Source: the human T2T-CHM13v2.0 reference genome, Homo sapiens. From it: a stretch of DNA of 64,000 bases. Made by a program: the position numbers and the translations under genes. Shown here in pieces: positions 1 to 12,960 of this stretch. Numbering within the stretch: position 1 is the stretch's first letter; every line of letters starts with the position of its first letter. The DNA lies in assembly GCF_009914755.1 (NCBI RefSeq), contig NC_060928.1; one strand, given 5' to 3'. The notes beneath the pieces were generated by a model, which ran no database searches, had not been told where the DNA came from, and saw only the letters and a program-made list of their open reading frames with translations.

Positions 1-99
1 TTTCACAACAATTTATTTTCTTTCCAGTTGTAGTGACTAAACCCTATTATTCTGGGAGGGAAACACAAAATAGCAACAGACAAAATTAGAGTACCCAGA

Positions 100-1320
100 C
101 ACTGAACAAGCTATGCATATATGCAAACTTGATATAGATAAGTCAGTAGGGAAAACATCAAATAATAAATGCTGGAAGCAATGGTTATTATACAGAGAAA
201 AAAAACAGAGCCCTGTCCTAAACAATCCACAATAATAAATTCCAGACTGAATAAAGACTTAAATGTGAGAGGCTCATATATGCTAGTGAGGAACTTCTTA
301 AGACACAGTAATAAAATTCACAGCAGAAAAACATATACATTTAACTGTATTAAAAGTTAAAATTTTTCTATTAGAAAACATATAAACCAGATAAATGAAA
401 GCCCACAATTTAAAGTTTACTATGTTTTAATGACCAAAGGGTATTATTAGAAAAAATATAACAGAGGAAATCTGAGATCAATAACAAATAAAAGCAAGAA
501 TAATCTCACCAATAATTAGAGAAATACAAATAAAAACAAAAGTGAGATGTTATTTCACACAAGTCAAACTGACAAAACAAAATATTTGACATTACTACCA
601 AATGTTAAAAGGTTGTTTCACAATGAACACTCTTATAGACCATGAATTAGAATGAAAATTATTGCAACCACCTCCAGCAATTCTAGTAAATCTTAAGATA
701 ACGCCAATTTTAGGTAGACATACTAAAAAAAATCTCAGATGTATATATGGAGACATGTTCAAGACTGTACTGAAACATTATTGCAAAATTAAAGAATTAG
801 ACAAAATCTAAATTTCTTTGTCAAGAGAATGGATACATTTTGGTATAGTAATACAATGGAATGTAGCAATAGTTACAGTACATAAACTGGTAAAATATAT
901 TTCAAATATTAAAAATAATGTTGAGCACATAATAGCTTTTGCAGGATACATACAGCATGCTATCATCACTTATTAGTTTAAAAATGTGACAAATGGCACT
1001 ATAAAGTAATTTCAGGTATAATCATATAAAGTATTAAAGCATGAATAGTATTGAAAAACACTAAGTTAAGGATAGTAATTACCACTGGGAAGGGACAGAA
1101 GGAAACAGGTGAGGAAATAAGTGCATACAGAGATTCATTTATTTCTGCGATATTTAATTTCTTAACAAAAATAAAACATGAAACATAACAAAATCTGAAA
1201 CAAATATGGCAAAAAGTTAAGAACTGACACAATTGGGTGGTAGGTACACAGGTATTAGTTTTATCTTCTATATTTTGATGTATGCTTGAGGTATATAAAT
1301 TTTTCAAAATAAAGAATAAG
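100..1320 (+). mobile_element. Ancient L1 (L1M/L1ME-type) remnant, ORF2 C-terminus to 3'UTR
   Basis: Degenerate L1 3' motifs (aaattccagactgaataaagacttaaatgtgaga; aattagagaaatacaaataaaaacaaaagtgagatg); A-rich; boundaries approximate. Confidence 0.6.
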
Positions 1321-1691
1321 ATATATAAAGTGTTTAACCTAATTCCTGACATAGAAAACACTTAATAAATCTTAATAAATCTTGGCTCATTATCTTTTGT
1401 TTTTTTCTAAACATGAGAAAAAAAAAACCAAATCATTGGCTAACCCAATGTATATATTATAAGCATTTTACCAACATGGGAAGGATTAACTCTTGAAATG
1501 CAAAATTTTAAATGATATGTTCACATGGTTCCAGGAGAACTGCAATATGAATTAGGTAAAATGAAAAGGCAATCTTCCATAGTACCTCTTGGTGAACAAA
1601 ATAATAAATGCATCTAGTAGCCTACATAATTTCAAAAACTGATTTATCCTAGACTACTAACAATAGTTTATACTTTAAAAAGATTAAGAAG

Positions 1692-1988
<297 letters not shown>

Positions 1989-2007
1989 AAAGAAGTAATA
2001 TTTTAAC

Positions 2008-5000
2008 TTTTTTTTTTTTTTTTAAATGTTATTTCTACAGGTTGCTGGGGAACAGGTGGTGTTTGGTTACATGGGTAAGTTCTTTAGTGATGATTTGTGA
2101 CATTTTGGTGCACCCAACACCCGAGCAGTATACACTGCACCCAATTTGTCTTTCATCCCTCACCTCCTTGCCACCCTTTCCACCTGAGTCCCCAAAGTCC
2201 ATTGTGTCATCCTTATGCTTTACATCTTCATAGCTTAGCTTCCAATTATGAGTCAGAACATACAATGTTTGGTTTCCCATTCCTGAATTACTTCACTTAG
2301 AATAATTGTCTCCAATCTCATCCAGGTTGCTGCAAATGCCATTAATTCATTCCTTTTCAAGGATAAGTAGTATTCCATCACATATATATGTATGTGTGTG
2401 TGTGTGTATATATCAGTAGTAGGATTGCTGGATCAAATGGTAGTCCTACTTTTAGTTCTTTAAGGAATCTCCACACTGATTTCCACAGTGGTTGTGCTAG
2501 TTTACATTCCTACCAGCAGTGTAGAAGTGTTCCCTGTTCACTGCATCCACGCCAACATCTACTGTTTTTTGATTTTTTGATAATGGCCATTCTTGCAGGA
2601 GTAAGGTGGTATCACGTTGTGGTTTTGTTTTGCATTTCCATGATCATTAGTAATGTTGAGCACTTTTTCATATGTTTGTTGGCCATCTGTATATCTTCTT
2701 TTGAGAATTTGTCTATATGTATATGTTTGTTGGCCATTTGTATATCTTCTATTGAGAATTGTCTATTCAGGTCCTTGGCCTACTTTTTGATGGGATTATT
2801 TGTTCTTTTCTTGCCCATTTGTTTGAGTTTGTTGTAGATTCTGGGTATTAGTCCTTTGTCAGATGCATAGATTGTGAAGATTTTCTCCCACTCTGTGGAT
2901 TGTCTGTTTACTCTGCTGACTGTTCCTTTGCAGTACAAAAGCCCTTTAGTTTAATTAGATCCCAGCTATTTATCTTTGTTTTTAATTGCATTTGCTTTTG
3001 GGTTCTTGGTCATGAAATTCTTGCCTAAGCCAATGTCTAGAAGGGTTGTTCCAATGTTATCTTCTAGTATTTTTACAGTTTCAGGTCTTAGATTTAAGTC
3101 CTTAATCCATCTTGAGTTGATTTTTGTTTAAGGTGGGAGATGAGGATCTAGTTTCATTCTCCTACATGTGGCTAGCCAATTATCCCAGCACGATTTGTTG
3201 AAAAGGGAGTCCTTTCCCCACTTGATGTTTTTGTTTGCTTTGTCAAATATCAGTTGGCTCTAAGTATTTGGGTTTATTTTTGGGTTCTCTATTCCGTTCC
3301 ATTGGTCTATGTGCCTATTTTTATACCAGTACCATGCTGTTTTGGTAGCTATGGCCTTAGAGTATAGTTTGAAATCAGGTAGTATGATGCCTCCAGATTT
3401 GTTCTTTTTGCTTAGTCCTGCTTTGGCTATGCAGGCTCTCTTTTAGTTCCATATGAATTTTAGAATTGTTTTTTCTAATTCTGTGAAGAATAATGGTATT
3501 TTGATGGGAATTGCATGGAATCTGTAGATTGCTTTTGGAAATATGGTCATTTTCACAATGTTGATTCTACCATCCATGAGTATGAGATGTGTTTCTGTTT
3601 GTGTCATCTATGATTTCTTTCAGCAGTGTTTCATAGTTTTCCTTGTACTTTGACTACTTTGTTAGGTATATTCCTAAGCATTTTATTTATTTATTTTTGC
3701 AGCTTTGTAAAAGGGGTCAAGTTCTTGATTTGATTCTCTGCTTGGTTGCTGTATAGAAGGGCTACTGATCTGTGCACATTAATCTTGTATCTGGAAACTT
3801 TGCTGAATTCTTTTATCAGTTCTAGAAGCTTTCTGGAGGAGTCCTTAGGGTTTTCAAGGTAAATGATCATATCATCAGCAAACAGTGACAGTTTCACTTC
3901 CTCTTTGCCAATCTGGATGCCCTTTATTTCTTTCTCTTGTCTGATCGCTCTGGCTAGGGCTTCCAGTATGATGTTGAAGAGGAGTGGTAAGAGTGGGCAT
4001 CCTCGTCTTGTTCCAGTTCTCAGAGAGAATGCTTTCCACTTTTCCCCATTCAGTATTAGTTGGCTGTGGGTTTGTCATAGATGGCTTTTATTATGTTGAG
4101 GTATGTCCCTTGTATGCCAATTTTGTTGAGAGTTTTAATCCTAAAGGGGTGCCAGACTTTGTTGAATGCTTTTTCTGCATCTATTGAGATGATCATGTGA
4201 TTCTTCTGTTTTTAATTCTGTTTATGTTGAGTATCACACGTATTGACTTGCATATGTTAAACCATCCCTGCAGCCCTGCTCTAAAACCCACTTAATCATA
4301 GTGGATTATCTTCTCGCTACGTTGTTGGATACAGTTAGCTAGTATTTTGTTAAGGATTTTAGTATCTATGTTTATCAAGGACATTGGTCTGTAGTTTTCT
4401 TTTTTGGATATGTCCTTTCTTGGTTTTGATAATAGTGTGATGCTGGCTTCACAGAATGAATTAGGGAGGGTTCTTTCTTTCTCTATCTTGTGGAATAGTA
4501 TCAAAAGTATTGGCACCAATTCTTCTTTGAATGTGTGGTAGAATTCTGCTGTGAATCCATCTGGTCCTGGACTTTTTTTTTTGTTGGTAATTTTCTAATT
4601 ACCACTTCAATCTCGCTGCTTGTTATCAATCTGTTCAGGTAATCTAATTCTTTCTGATTTAAGCTAGGAGGGTTGTATTTTTGCAGGAATTTATCCATCT
4701 CTTCTAGGTTTTCTAGTTTATGTGCATAAAGGTGTTCATAGTAGACTTAAATGATCTTTTGTATTTCAGTGGTGACAGTTGTAATACCTCGCGTTTCATT
4801 TCTTAGTGAGGTTATTGGATTTTCTCCCTTCTTTTCTTGGTTAATCTTGTTAATGGTCTATCAATTTTATTTATCCCTTCAAGGAACCAGCTTTTTGTTT
4901 TATTTATCTTTTGGGTTTTTTGTTTGTTTGCTTGCTTGTTTGTTTCAATTTCACTTAATTCTGCTCTAATCTTGGTTATTTCCTTTGTTCTGCTGGGTTT

Positions 5001-7505
5001 GGGTTTAGTTTGTTCTTGTGTCTCTAGTCCCTTGAGGTGTGACCTTGGAATGTCAGTTTGTGCTCTTTCAGTCTTTTTGATGTAGGTGTTTAGAGCTATG
5101 AACTTTCCCCTCTTAGCACTGCCTTTGCTGTATCCCACAGGTTTGGTAGGTTGTGTCATTACTGTCATTCAGTTAGAAGAATTTTTAAATTTCTATCTTG
5201 ATTTCGTTTTTGACCCAATGCTCAGTCAAGAGCAGGCTTACTTAATTTCCATGTATTTGCATGGTTTTGAAGGTTCTTTTTGGAGTCAATTTCCAGTTTT
5301 ATGCCACTGTGGTCTGAGAGAGTGCTTGACATAATTTCAATTTTCTTCAATTTATTGAGGCCCGTTTTATGGTCTATTGTATGGTCCATCTTGGAGAAAG
5401 TTCTATTCACTGTTGAACAGAATGTGTATTCTGTGGTTGTTGGATGGAATGTTCTGTATATATCTGTTAAGTCCATTTGTTCCAAGGTATAGTTTAAATC
5501 CCTTGTTTCTTTGTTGACTTTCAGTCTTGATGCCCTGCCTAAGGCTGTCAGTGGAGTATTGAAGTCTCCAACTATTAATGTGTTGCTGTCTATCTCACTT
5601 GTTAGGTCTATTGGTAATTGTTATATAAATTCGGAAGCTCCAGTGTTAGGTGCATTTATGTTTAAGATTGTGATATCTTCCTGTTGGATAAGGCCTTTTA
5701 CCCATCATATAATGTCCCTCTTTGTCTCTTTTAACTGCTGTTGCTTTAAAGTTTTTTTTGTTTTTTGTTTTTTGTTTTGTCTGATATAAGAATGACTACT
5801 CCTGCTCGCTTTTGGTGCCCATTTGCATGAAATTATTTTTCCACCCCTTCACTTTAAGTTTATGTGAGTCCTTATGTTTTAGGTGAGCCTCCTGAAGGCA
5901 GCAGATAGTTGGTTGGTGAGTTGTTATCCATTCTGCAGTTTTGTATCTTTTAAGTGGAGCATTTAGGCCATTTACATTCAGTGTTAGTATTGAAATGTGA
6001 GGTACTGTTGCATTCACCATGCTCTCTGTTGCCAGTGTACTTTGGTTTTTTTGTTTTTGCTTTTTTAGCTTATATTTTTGTTTTATAGGTCCTGTGTGAT
6101 TTATGCTTTAAAGAGGTTCTGTTTTGATGTGCTTCCAAGTTTTGGTTCTAAGATTTGGAGCTCCTTTTAGCCGTTCTTGTAGTGGTGGCTTGGTAATGGT
6201 GAATTTGCTCAGCATTTGTTTGCCTGAAAATGACTGTATCTTTCCTTGATATGATGCTTAGTTTAGCTAGATATAAAATCTTGGCTGATAATTGTTTTGT
6301 CCGAAGAGGCTGAAGATAGTGCCCTAATCCCTTCCAGCTTGTCTACTGAGAGATCTGCTGCTAATATAACAGGTTTTCCTTTATAGGTTACCTGGTGATT
6401 TTGTCTCACAGGTCTTAAGATTTTTTGCTTCATCTTAACTTTGGATAACCTGATGACAATGTCCTAGGCAAAGATCTTTTTGCGATGAATTTCCCAGATG
6501 TTCTTTGTGCTTCTTGTATTTGGATGTCTAGGACTCTAGCAAGGCCAAGGAAGTTTTCCTCAATTATTCCCCCAAATATTTCCAAGCTTTTAGAATTCTC
6601 TTCTTCCTCAGGAACACCAATTATTCTTAAGTTTAGTTGTTTAACATAATTCCAGACTTCTTGGAGGCTTTGTTCATATTTTCTTATTCTTTTTTGTCTT
6701 TGTTGGATTGGGTTAATTCGAAGACCTTGTCTTTGAGCTCTGAATTTCTTTCTTCTACTTGTTCAATTCTATTGCTGAGGTTTTCCAGAGCATTTTGCAT
6801 TTCTAAAAGTGTGTCCAAAGTCTCCCGAATTTTTTATTGTTTTTTCTTCAAGCTATCTATTTCCTTGAATATTTCTCCCTTCACTTCTTGTCTCATTTTT
6901 TGGATTTTCTTGCACGGGGCTTCGCCTTTTCTTGTCCCTCCCTGATTAGCTTAATAACTAAACTCCTGAATTCTTATTCAGGTAAATCAGGGATTTATTC
7001 TTGGTTTGGAGCCATTCCTGGTGAACTAGTGTGATTCTTGGGGGGTGCTGAAGAGCCTTGTTTTGTCATATTATCAGGGTTGGTGTTCTGGTTCCTTCTC
7101 ATTTAGGTAGGCTCTATCAGAGGAAAGGTCTAGGGCTGAAAACTGTTGTTCAGATTCTTTTGTCCCTTGGGGTGTTCCCTTGATGTAACACTCTGCCCCT
7201 TTTTCTATGGATGTGGTTTCCTGAGAGTCTATCTGTAGTGATTGCTATCTCTCTTCTGGATCTAGCCACCCAGCAAGTCTACTAGGCTCTGGGCTTGTAC
7301 TGGGGATTGTCTGTACAAAGTCCTGTGATGTGAACCATCTGTGGGTCTCTCAGCCATGCATACCATGGTATTTGGGATGTCTCCTGGGTCCTGCAATCTG
7401 CTTCCTTCAGAGGGTCTATGGGTCCTCTTGGATTTCCTGACTTATTCCTGTAGTCGTTCTGGAGCAAAAATTCACAATGTGAGCCTCTGCATGCTACTCT
7501 GTCCA
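2008..7505 (-). mobile_element. Near full-length inactive L1 (L1PB1-like 3' end, L1PBa-like 5' end), sense to SCLT1 intron 2
   Basis: Poly-T at 2008-2023; L1PB-type 3'UTR (ggggaacaggtggtgtttggttacatg); broken ORF2 pieces on minus strand ([18 protein letters not shown] motif at 3691-3897, ISILTLNVNGLNAP endonuclease start near 6000); ORF1 remnant ~6100-7050. Confidence 0.92.
2670..2766. repeat. ~51-bp tandem duplication inside the L1
   Basis: atatgtttgttggccat(c/t)tgtatatcttct(t/a)ttgagaatt(t)gtctat occurs at 2670-2716 and 2721-2766. Confidence 0.9.
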
Positions 7506-8889
7506 TTGTATTTAACTTTCAATTGTTCAGAAGTTACTTACAAAAGCTACTTGGGATGACTGAACAGTTCAAACTTTTAAAATATTACTTCTCAAGTTTC
7601 TTAGGAATTGTTATGAAATCAAAATCTTATAAATTCTTATGACTGAAGGTGGGGGATGAATAACATTTTATAAAACAGTAATATATGGGCTAATTGATCT
7701 ACCCATCATTTATATAGGTTTCCTGATTGTTACTCCTATCACATTTCACTCCATTTTAATTTACCTTATAGATCACACTAATGCCTGCCTTATTCACTAT
7801 CATATTCCCAGAGTCTAACACAATGTCTCACTACTTATAGATGCACAACAAATTAGTTATAGACCAATGAATAAATGAATTTCTTTCAGATTATTCAGAA
7901 AGTCATTCTTTTAAAAATACTTAGCAGTCTACCAATGCTTATTCAATTAAATCCAGACTCCTCAACATAATCATTCATAGCTCTCTATAACTTACTAAAC
8001 CTAATGTTTTTCATATTCTCTCCTATATGCCAAATACATTATATAAACTGAAATATATTTTATTCCCTAAATACAACTCTCATTTTCTCATCTCCTTTGG
8101 CTTCTTATGCTAGTGGGTCCATCTGAACCACTCCCAACCACCTCTAGTTTTGTCTTCATCAAGTTAGTTTGAAATTTCATCTACTCTTCAATGTCCATAA
8201 GATATGCTACATTTTCAAGAAACTTTTCCTGATCTCTCCAACTATATTTCTTTTGTCACCCTTAATACACACATTTGTTTTTAATGTTCTTAAGATACAA
8301 ATAATATGCTGTTTATCTTGTTATTTGATATTTGTCTCATTCCATATTTTTATTAGCCTTTAAGTTCCTACAATATGGTCATTTTATTTTAACTTCATAT
8401 CACTAAAGCACTTGGCATAATTCTTTCCACAAAGGTAGTGATAGAAAATATTAGTTAAGCTGAATTATGTGAAAACACTGTTCAAAAACTATTTTCTAAT
8501 AACAATTGCTAAGAAAATACGAACCTAAGAATAAATGACCTAATAATCCAAAGTAATTATAAAAGTTGTAAGATGAGAATAAGCATATTTCAAAACAGAG
8601 ATAGAAAATCTTTGAAAGAATAAAAATGTTGATTTAGCAATCCTTTTCCATTTGCTAGTGAAACTTTTAGAAGAAAAAACTCCATTACTTAATAACTCGA
8701 GCAGTAATAGAAAAAATCATGCTTAGAGAATAAGACTGAAATTGCCTAAAAAACATTTACAAATGTTCTTTTCATTTTCTCTAAAACAAAATTTAAAAAA
8801 GCTATACTAAATAAAGGAATAATTTAAAGAATTGTGTATTTCTTGAATCTTAAATAACTGATATTGTGTAATTAATTTCTATTTATCTT

Positions 8890-9179
8890 TTTAAAAATTA
8901 GAGACAGGTTCTTGTTCTATCACCCAAACTGGAGTGCAATGGTGCAAGCATAGCTCACTCCAGCCTCGAATTTCTGGACTCAAGAGATCCTCCCACCTCT
9001 GCTTCCTGGGTAACCAGAACTATAGGCATGCACCATCATGCCCGGCTAATTTTTTAACTTTTTATAGAGATGGGGTCTTGCTATGTTCCTCAGGCTGGTC
9101 TCAAACCCCTGGTCTCAATGATCCTCCTGCCACAGCCTCCCAAAATGCTGAGTTCACAGGCATCAGCTACCACACTGGG
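8890..9179 (-). mobile_element. Alu (AluJ-type)
   Basis: Diverged dimeric Alu: gagacaggttcttgttctatcaccc...tagagatggggtcttgctatgtt... Confidence 0.9.
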
Positions 9180-9739
9180 TCTCTAATTATCTTTGCTCTC
9201 CAGATGACTCCCTGAAATAATGCTGATGGTGTATCACAGAAAAAAATGTCAATAATATTGTATTGTGGTTATGTAAGCAAATTCTCTGGATACTTTTCTT
9301 TCTCTAACAAAATTATACACTCTGTAAGCACTCTAATTACAGTTTTGAATGTTTACTTTTGGCTCTCACTCTAATAAATATTGGCTACCAAATATGTAAA
9401 TTGCATCTTTTCCTCTATCCTTTGGAAGGAAATAAAGTACAGGTTGGCTAGCATTTTGGGAAGATGTTCCTGTACATTTTAAAGGACTGCAGGAAATCTC
9501 TTAATCCTTTCGTTTATATCATGAGGAGGTTAATTTTCATCATTTATCAATAAATGTTGACGAACAGCATAAGTAACTGATAAACTTACAGTCAACTCCC
9601 TGTAATGTGTTAAATCATCAATCTCCTAGCATCATGGGATGATGCAAAATCATCCCTTCAAGGTTTTACGTGGGTAACTCATCAATAGAGAGTCCAGAAT
9701 TACAATGGCCAATACAAAAGCTTCAAGCATATATAACTA

Positions 9740-9917
9740 TTTAAATCTAAATTTTATTCATTTAATATGAAAATTAAATAAAACATTCATTTCTTCAGTT
9801 GTATTAGCCTAATTTCAAGTGGTCAAAAGCCCCATGTAACTAGTGGCTACAATACTGGACAGTGCAGAATTATATAACATTTCTATCATCAGAGAAAGAT
9901 CTACTGGACAGTGCTGG
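9740..9917. mobile_element. MER33-like hAT-Charlie DNA transposon fragment
   Basis: atttcaagtggtcaaaagccccatgtaactagtggctac...catttctatcatcagagaaagatctactggacagtgctg resembles recalled MER3/MER33 consensus. Confidence 0.75.
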
Positions 9918-10089
9918 TCTAGAAAGCTAATAATCTGATTCAACTCAAATAGTACAGGTGAATTGTTATATTTTATCTGTTGAGTCTTGTATTTGTTAAC
10001 TCATGAGCAACAGGAGTAGCCTTGCCATTTCTTTAATATAATTTTCAAATAACTATTTTTTTATGACAGTTGGCACAAACTCCTATACA

Positions 10090-10480
10090 TTGTACAAGAC
10101 ATGTCAAATTCTTCCCTGCCTCAAGGCCCCTTCTTGGTCCATTCTTTGGCTCAATCTTCATTTTCTGTCCCAGCTGGAATGTTACTACCTTAGAAAGGTC
10201 TTCTATGACCTTTCTATCAAAAATAGGTCTCTACCACCACCACCTCCATAATAACATACATATTAATCTCTATCTCAGCACCCTGCTTCTTTCATAGGAT
10301 ACTGTAATTTTAATTATTTCATTCATTCCTTCACATCTCTTTCATTCATTCACATATCTTCTACAGAACAGGGATCCTTTGTCTATGTTATTCATAGTCC
10401 TGTCCCCAGAGCTTACCTAGCATAGGCATGAACTCAAAATTCATTGAATGAGTATATTAATGTTTGTTGAATAAGTGAAT
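10090..10480 (+). mobile_element. L2 3' remnant
   Basis: ...tgtccccagagcttacctagcataggcatgaactcaaaattcattgaatgag, typical L2 3' end. Confidence 0.6.
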
Positions 10481-12960
10481 ATATTTAGACTATGATGTTT
10501 TTCCCCTCCATAGCCACTCATACCTCTTTGGCACTATGCTTTTATATGTATTCCTCCCTTTCTTTTTATTCTACCTTATGTATCTCCTTTTTTCCCCCAG
10601 CAGACTATCTCAATATTTATTTGTTTTAATTTTGGGTACAAAGGGTAATGAGTAGAAAAAGAATTCCCAAGCTAGAAGAAGAAAATATTTTTAGGTGAGC
10701 TTTCAGAGAAAATAAACTTATTTTTAGTATTCCATTCTGTCCCTTCAGCAAGTACCAAGAGACCAAAGCACTAACCTTAGCTCCCTCAGTAGATACATAT
10801 ACCGGTGTGGCGTAGATAACAAAGAGGATTCAATTAGCCTGGGTATGAAAAAAAAAGCAAGTATTCAAGAAAAAAATGGAATAAAGGACTGGGAAAAAGG
10901 GAAATTTTCCACTAAGCTTCTTAAGCAAATCTTTTTCTAATCTTGAATATTTGTCACCTAGTGCCAACTACTGTACTTCAGAGAGCAATGCCACTTGAAA
11001 TACTTTTTACTTATATAGAAAACACAAAATAATCAAAGACAACTGAATTTTACAACCCTGAAAAAAATCAAGAAACCAGCTATTTAAAATATCTTTTAAA
11101 AGTTACATACAAATGTAATGAAGAGAACAGATGATTGAATTATGAAAGTATAATGAGCCAAATATTTAATATATTAAATATATAAGCTATTCAACACATT
11201 GGAAGACTTCAAATTTCAGCCTATGTCCACAAAATTTACGTAAAGTATAGTTAGCTACCATAAAGGTAACATAGTCCCCTAAGAACAATAAGCTTCAAAA
11301 TGGTTATCTTGAGGCAATTCAGAAAACTTACTTTGATCCAAAGCAAGCCTAAATGATCATTATGTAATAACTGCACTAAAGAATTTTCACCATTACACCT
11401 AACAAAGTTTATATAGACAATCAAGTTTGAAGTTCCAGCTTAAAATACAAGAAATAAATATCAAACTCCTGTTGCTTTGTTTTTCCAATATCATAAAAAG
11501 ACTGAATAAAGTATGTTCATTTAACACAACTTCTGGCAATTTTATGGCACCCAATGTAAGGACTTTAGGACTTTATCTTGAAAAATAAAACTAAAAAGTA
11601 AGAACTACTTGTATTTCCCAAGCTGACCATGACTTTTCACATCTCCATGACTTTCACTATATTTGACACATAAGAGTTGAAATCATGTTGGAAGATAAGT
11701 GGGTAGGAGGGAAGGAAAAAGAGGAAGAACATAGTTGTTTCATTCACTCAACAAATATTTATCAAATGCCTACTGACCAGAACTGTTCTAGGCATCTGGG
11801 AAACATGGCTAAACAAAAAGGGGAAACACAAATTTATAAAAGATTTCTGTTGCTAGTAGCAACAACTAAGTTACAGTGATAAGATATATGAGCTAGCACT
11901 CCTGGATCCCACATACCCATTGATAATGGTTTCCTTCTTCCTTTACTGCAAAACATACTAAAACAAAATAAAAAAAGAAAAAATTCTCTTGAACATTTTT
12001 TCAGAAACCGAAGTAATATATGAGGTAAAGAACCCTCTAGGGATGCATTACATATGGCCAAGGATATGGGCATTATTGCTAGAAAGCAGATTAATCTCCT
12101 CATGCTGTCATATCACCTCCTCTCTTACTCCTCACCTCAAAACATGCAGTGAAAAGCAAGGTCCATGGGGATGGGAGTCTGGAAACAGCAACATGTTCTG
12201 AAGATATGGAGGATGGCAGAGGACTCTTAGGCAGTAACAGTATGTTACCACTAAAGAGATAGGAATCAAGATTTGGTTGCAAGACAACAAGAATAGTACA
12301 CATAAGAGAAGAATGGTTAGCTTCACAAAAGTAAAGCAGTTATAATTCTTCCAAAGAGGACAATCTTGTAAAGGAAGATTTGTCCCTACTAGGTCTGCTA
12401 CTCTTGAGCTTTAATTAGTATAATCACAATGCATAATGCAGGTGCATCTGAAAGGCTAGAGTCACCATTATGCTATCTGTTAAAAACATCTTTCATAATC
12501 AAGTCAACCATAGCTTTCCACAGATATGATGCATTACCGTGGCCAGAGTCATCTGGGGCTTTAAAATAAAAATTTTTTTTTACTCTTTTGTTCAGGCCTA
12601 TTCCACAAGACACTAAACAGAAGCAAAAATCTTAAGATTCTGAGCAAAACTTAAAGGCTGTTGGAATATGAAAGATTCTCTATCACTTAAATTATTACAG
12701 TTATTAAGTATGCATAAAAATTATATATTATAATAAAAATAATATGGTTATAACAGCAAATAGTGAATGGATAGCTTCAAGACTCTGTGGACTCTGAATC
12801 TGGTCTTTGGAAATAAAAGCATAGAGCAGTCAGCTAAATATTGAATATACATTAAAAAATATCTATAAGAATAAGTACTCAAGCCAACCAAATAAACTAT
12901 TCCTTTTTAATACTAAAAACAAGCTCTTCACTTTTAATACCTTGAAAATAATTTTAGTTC

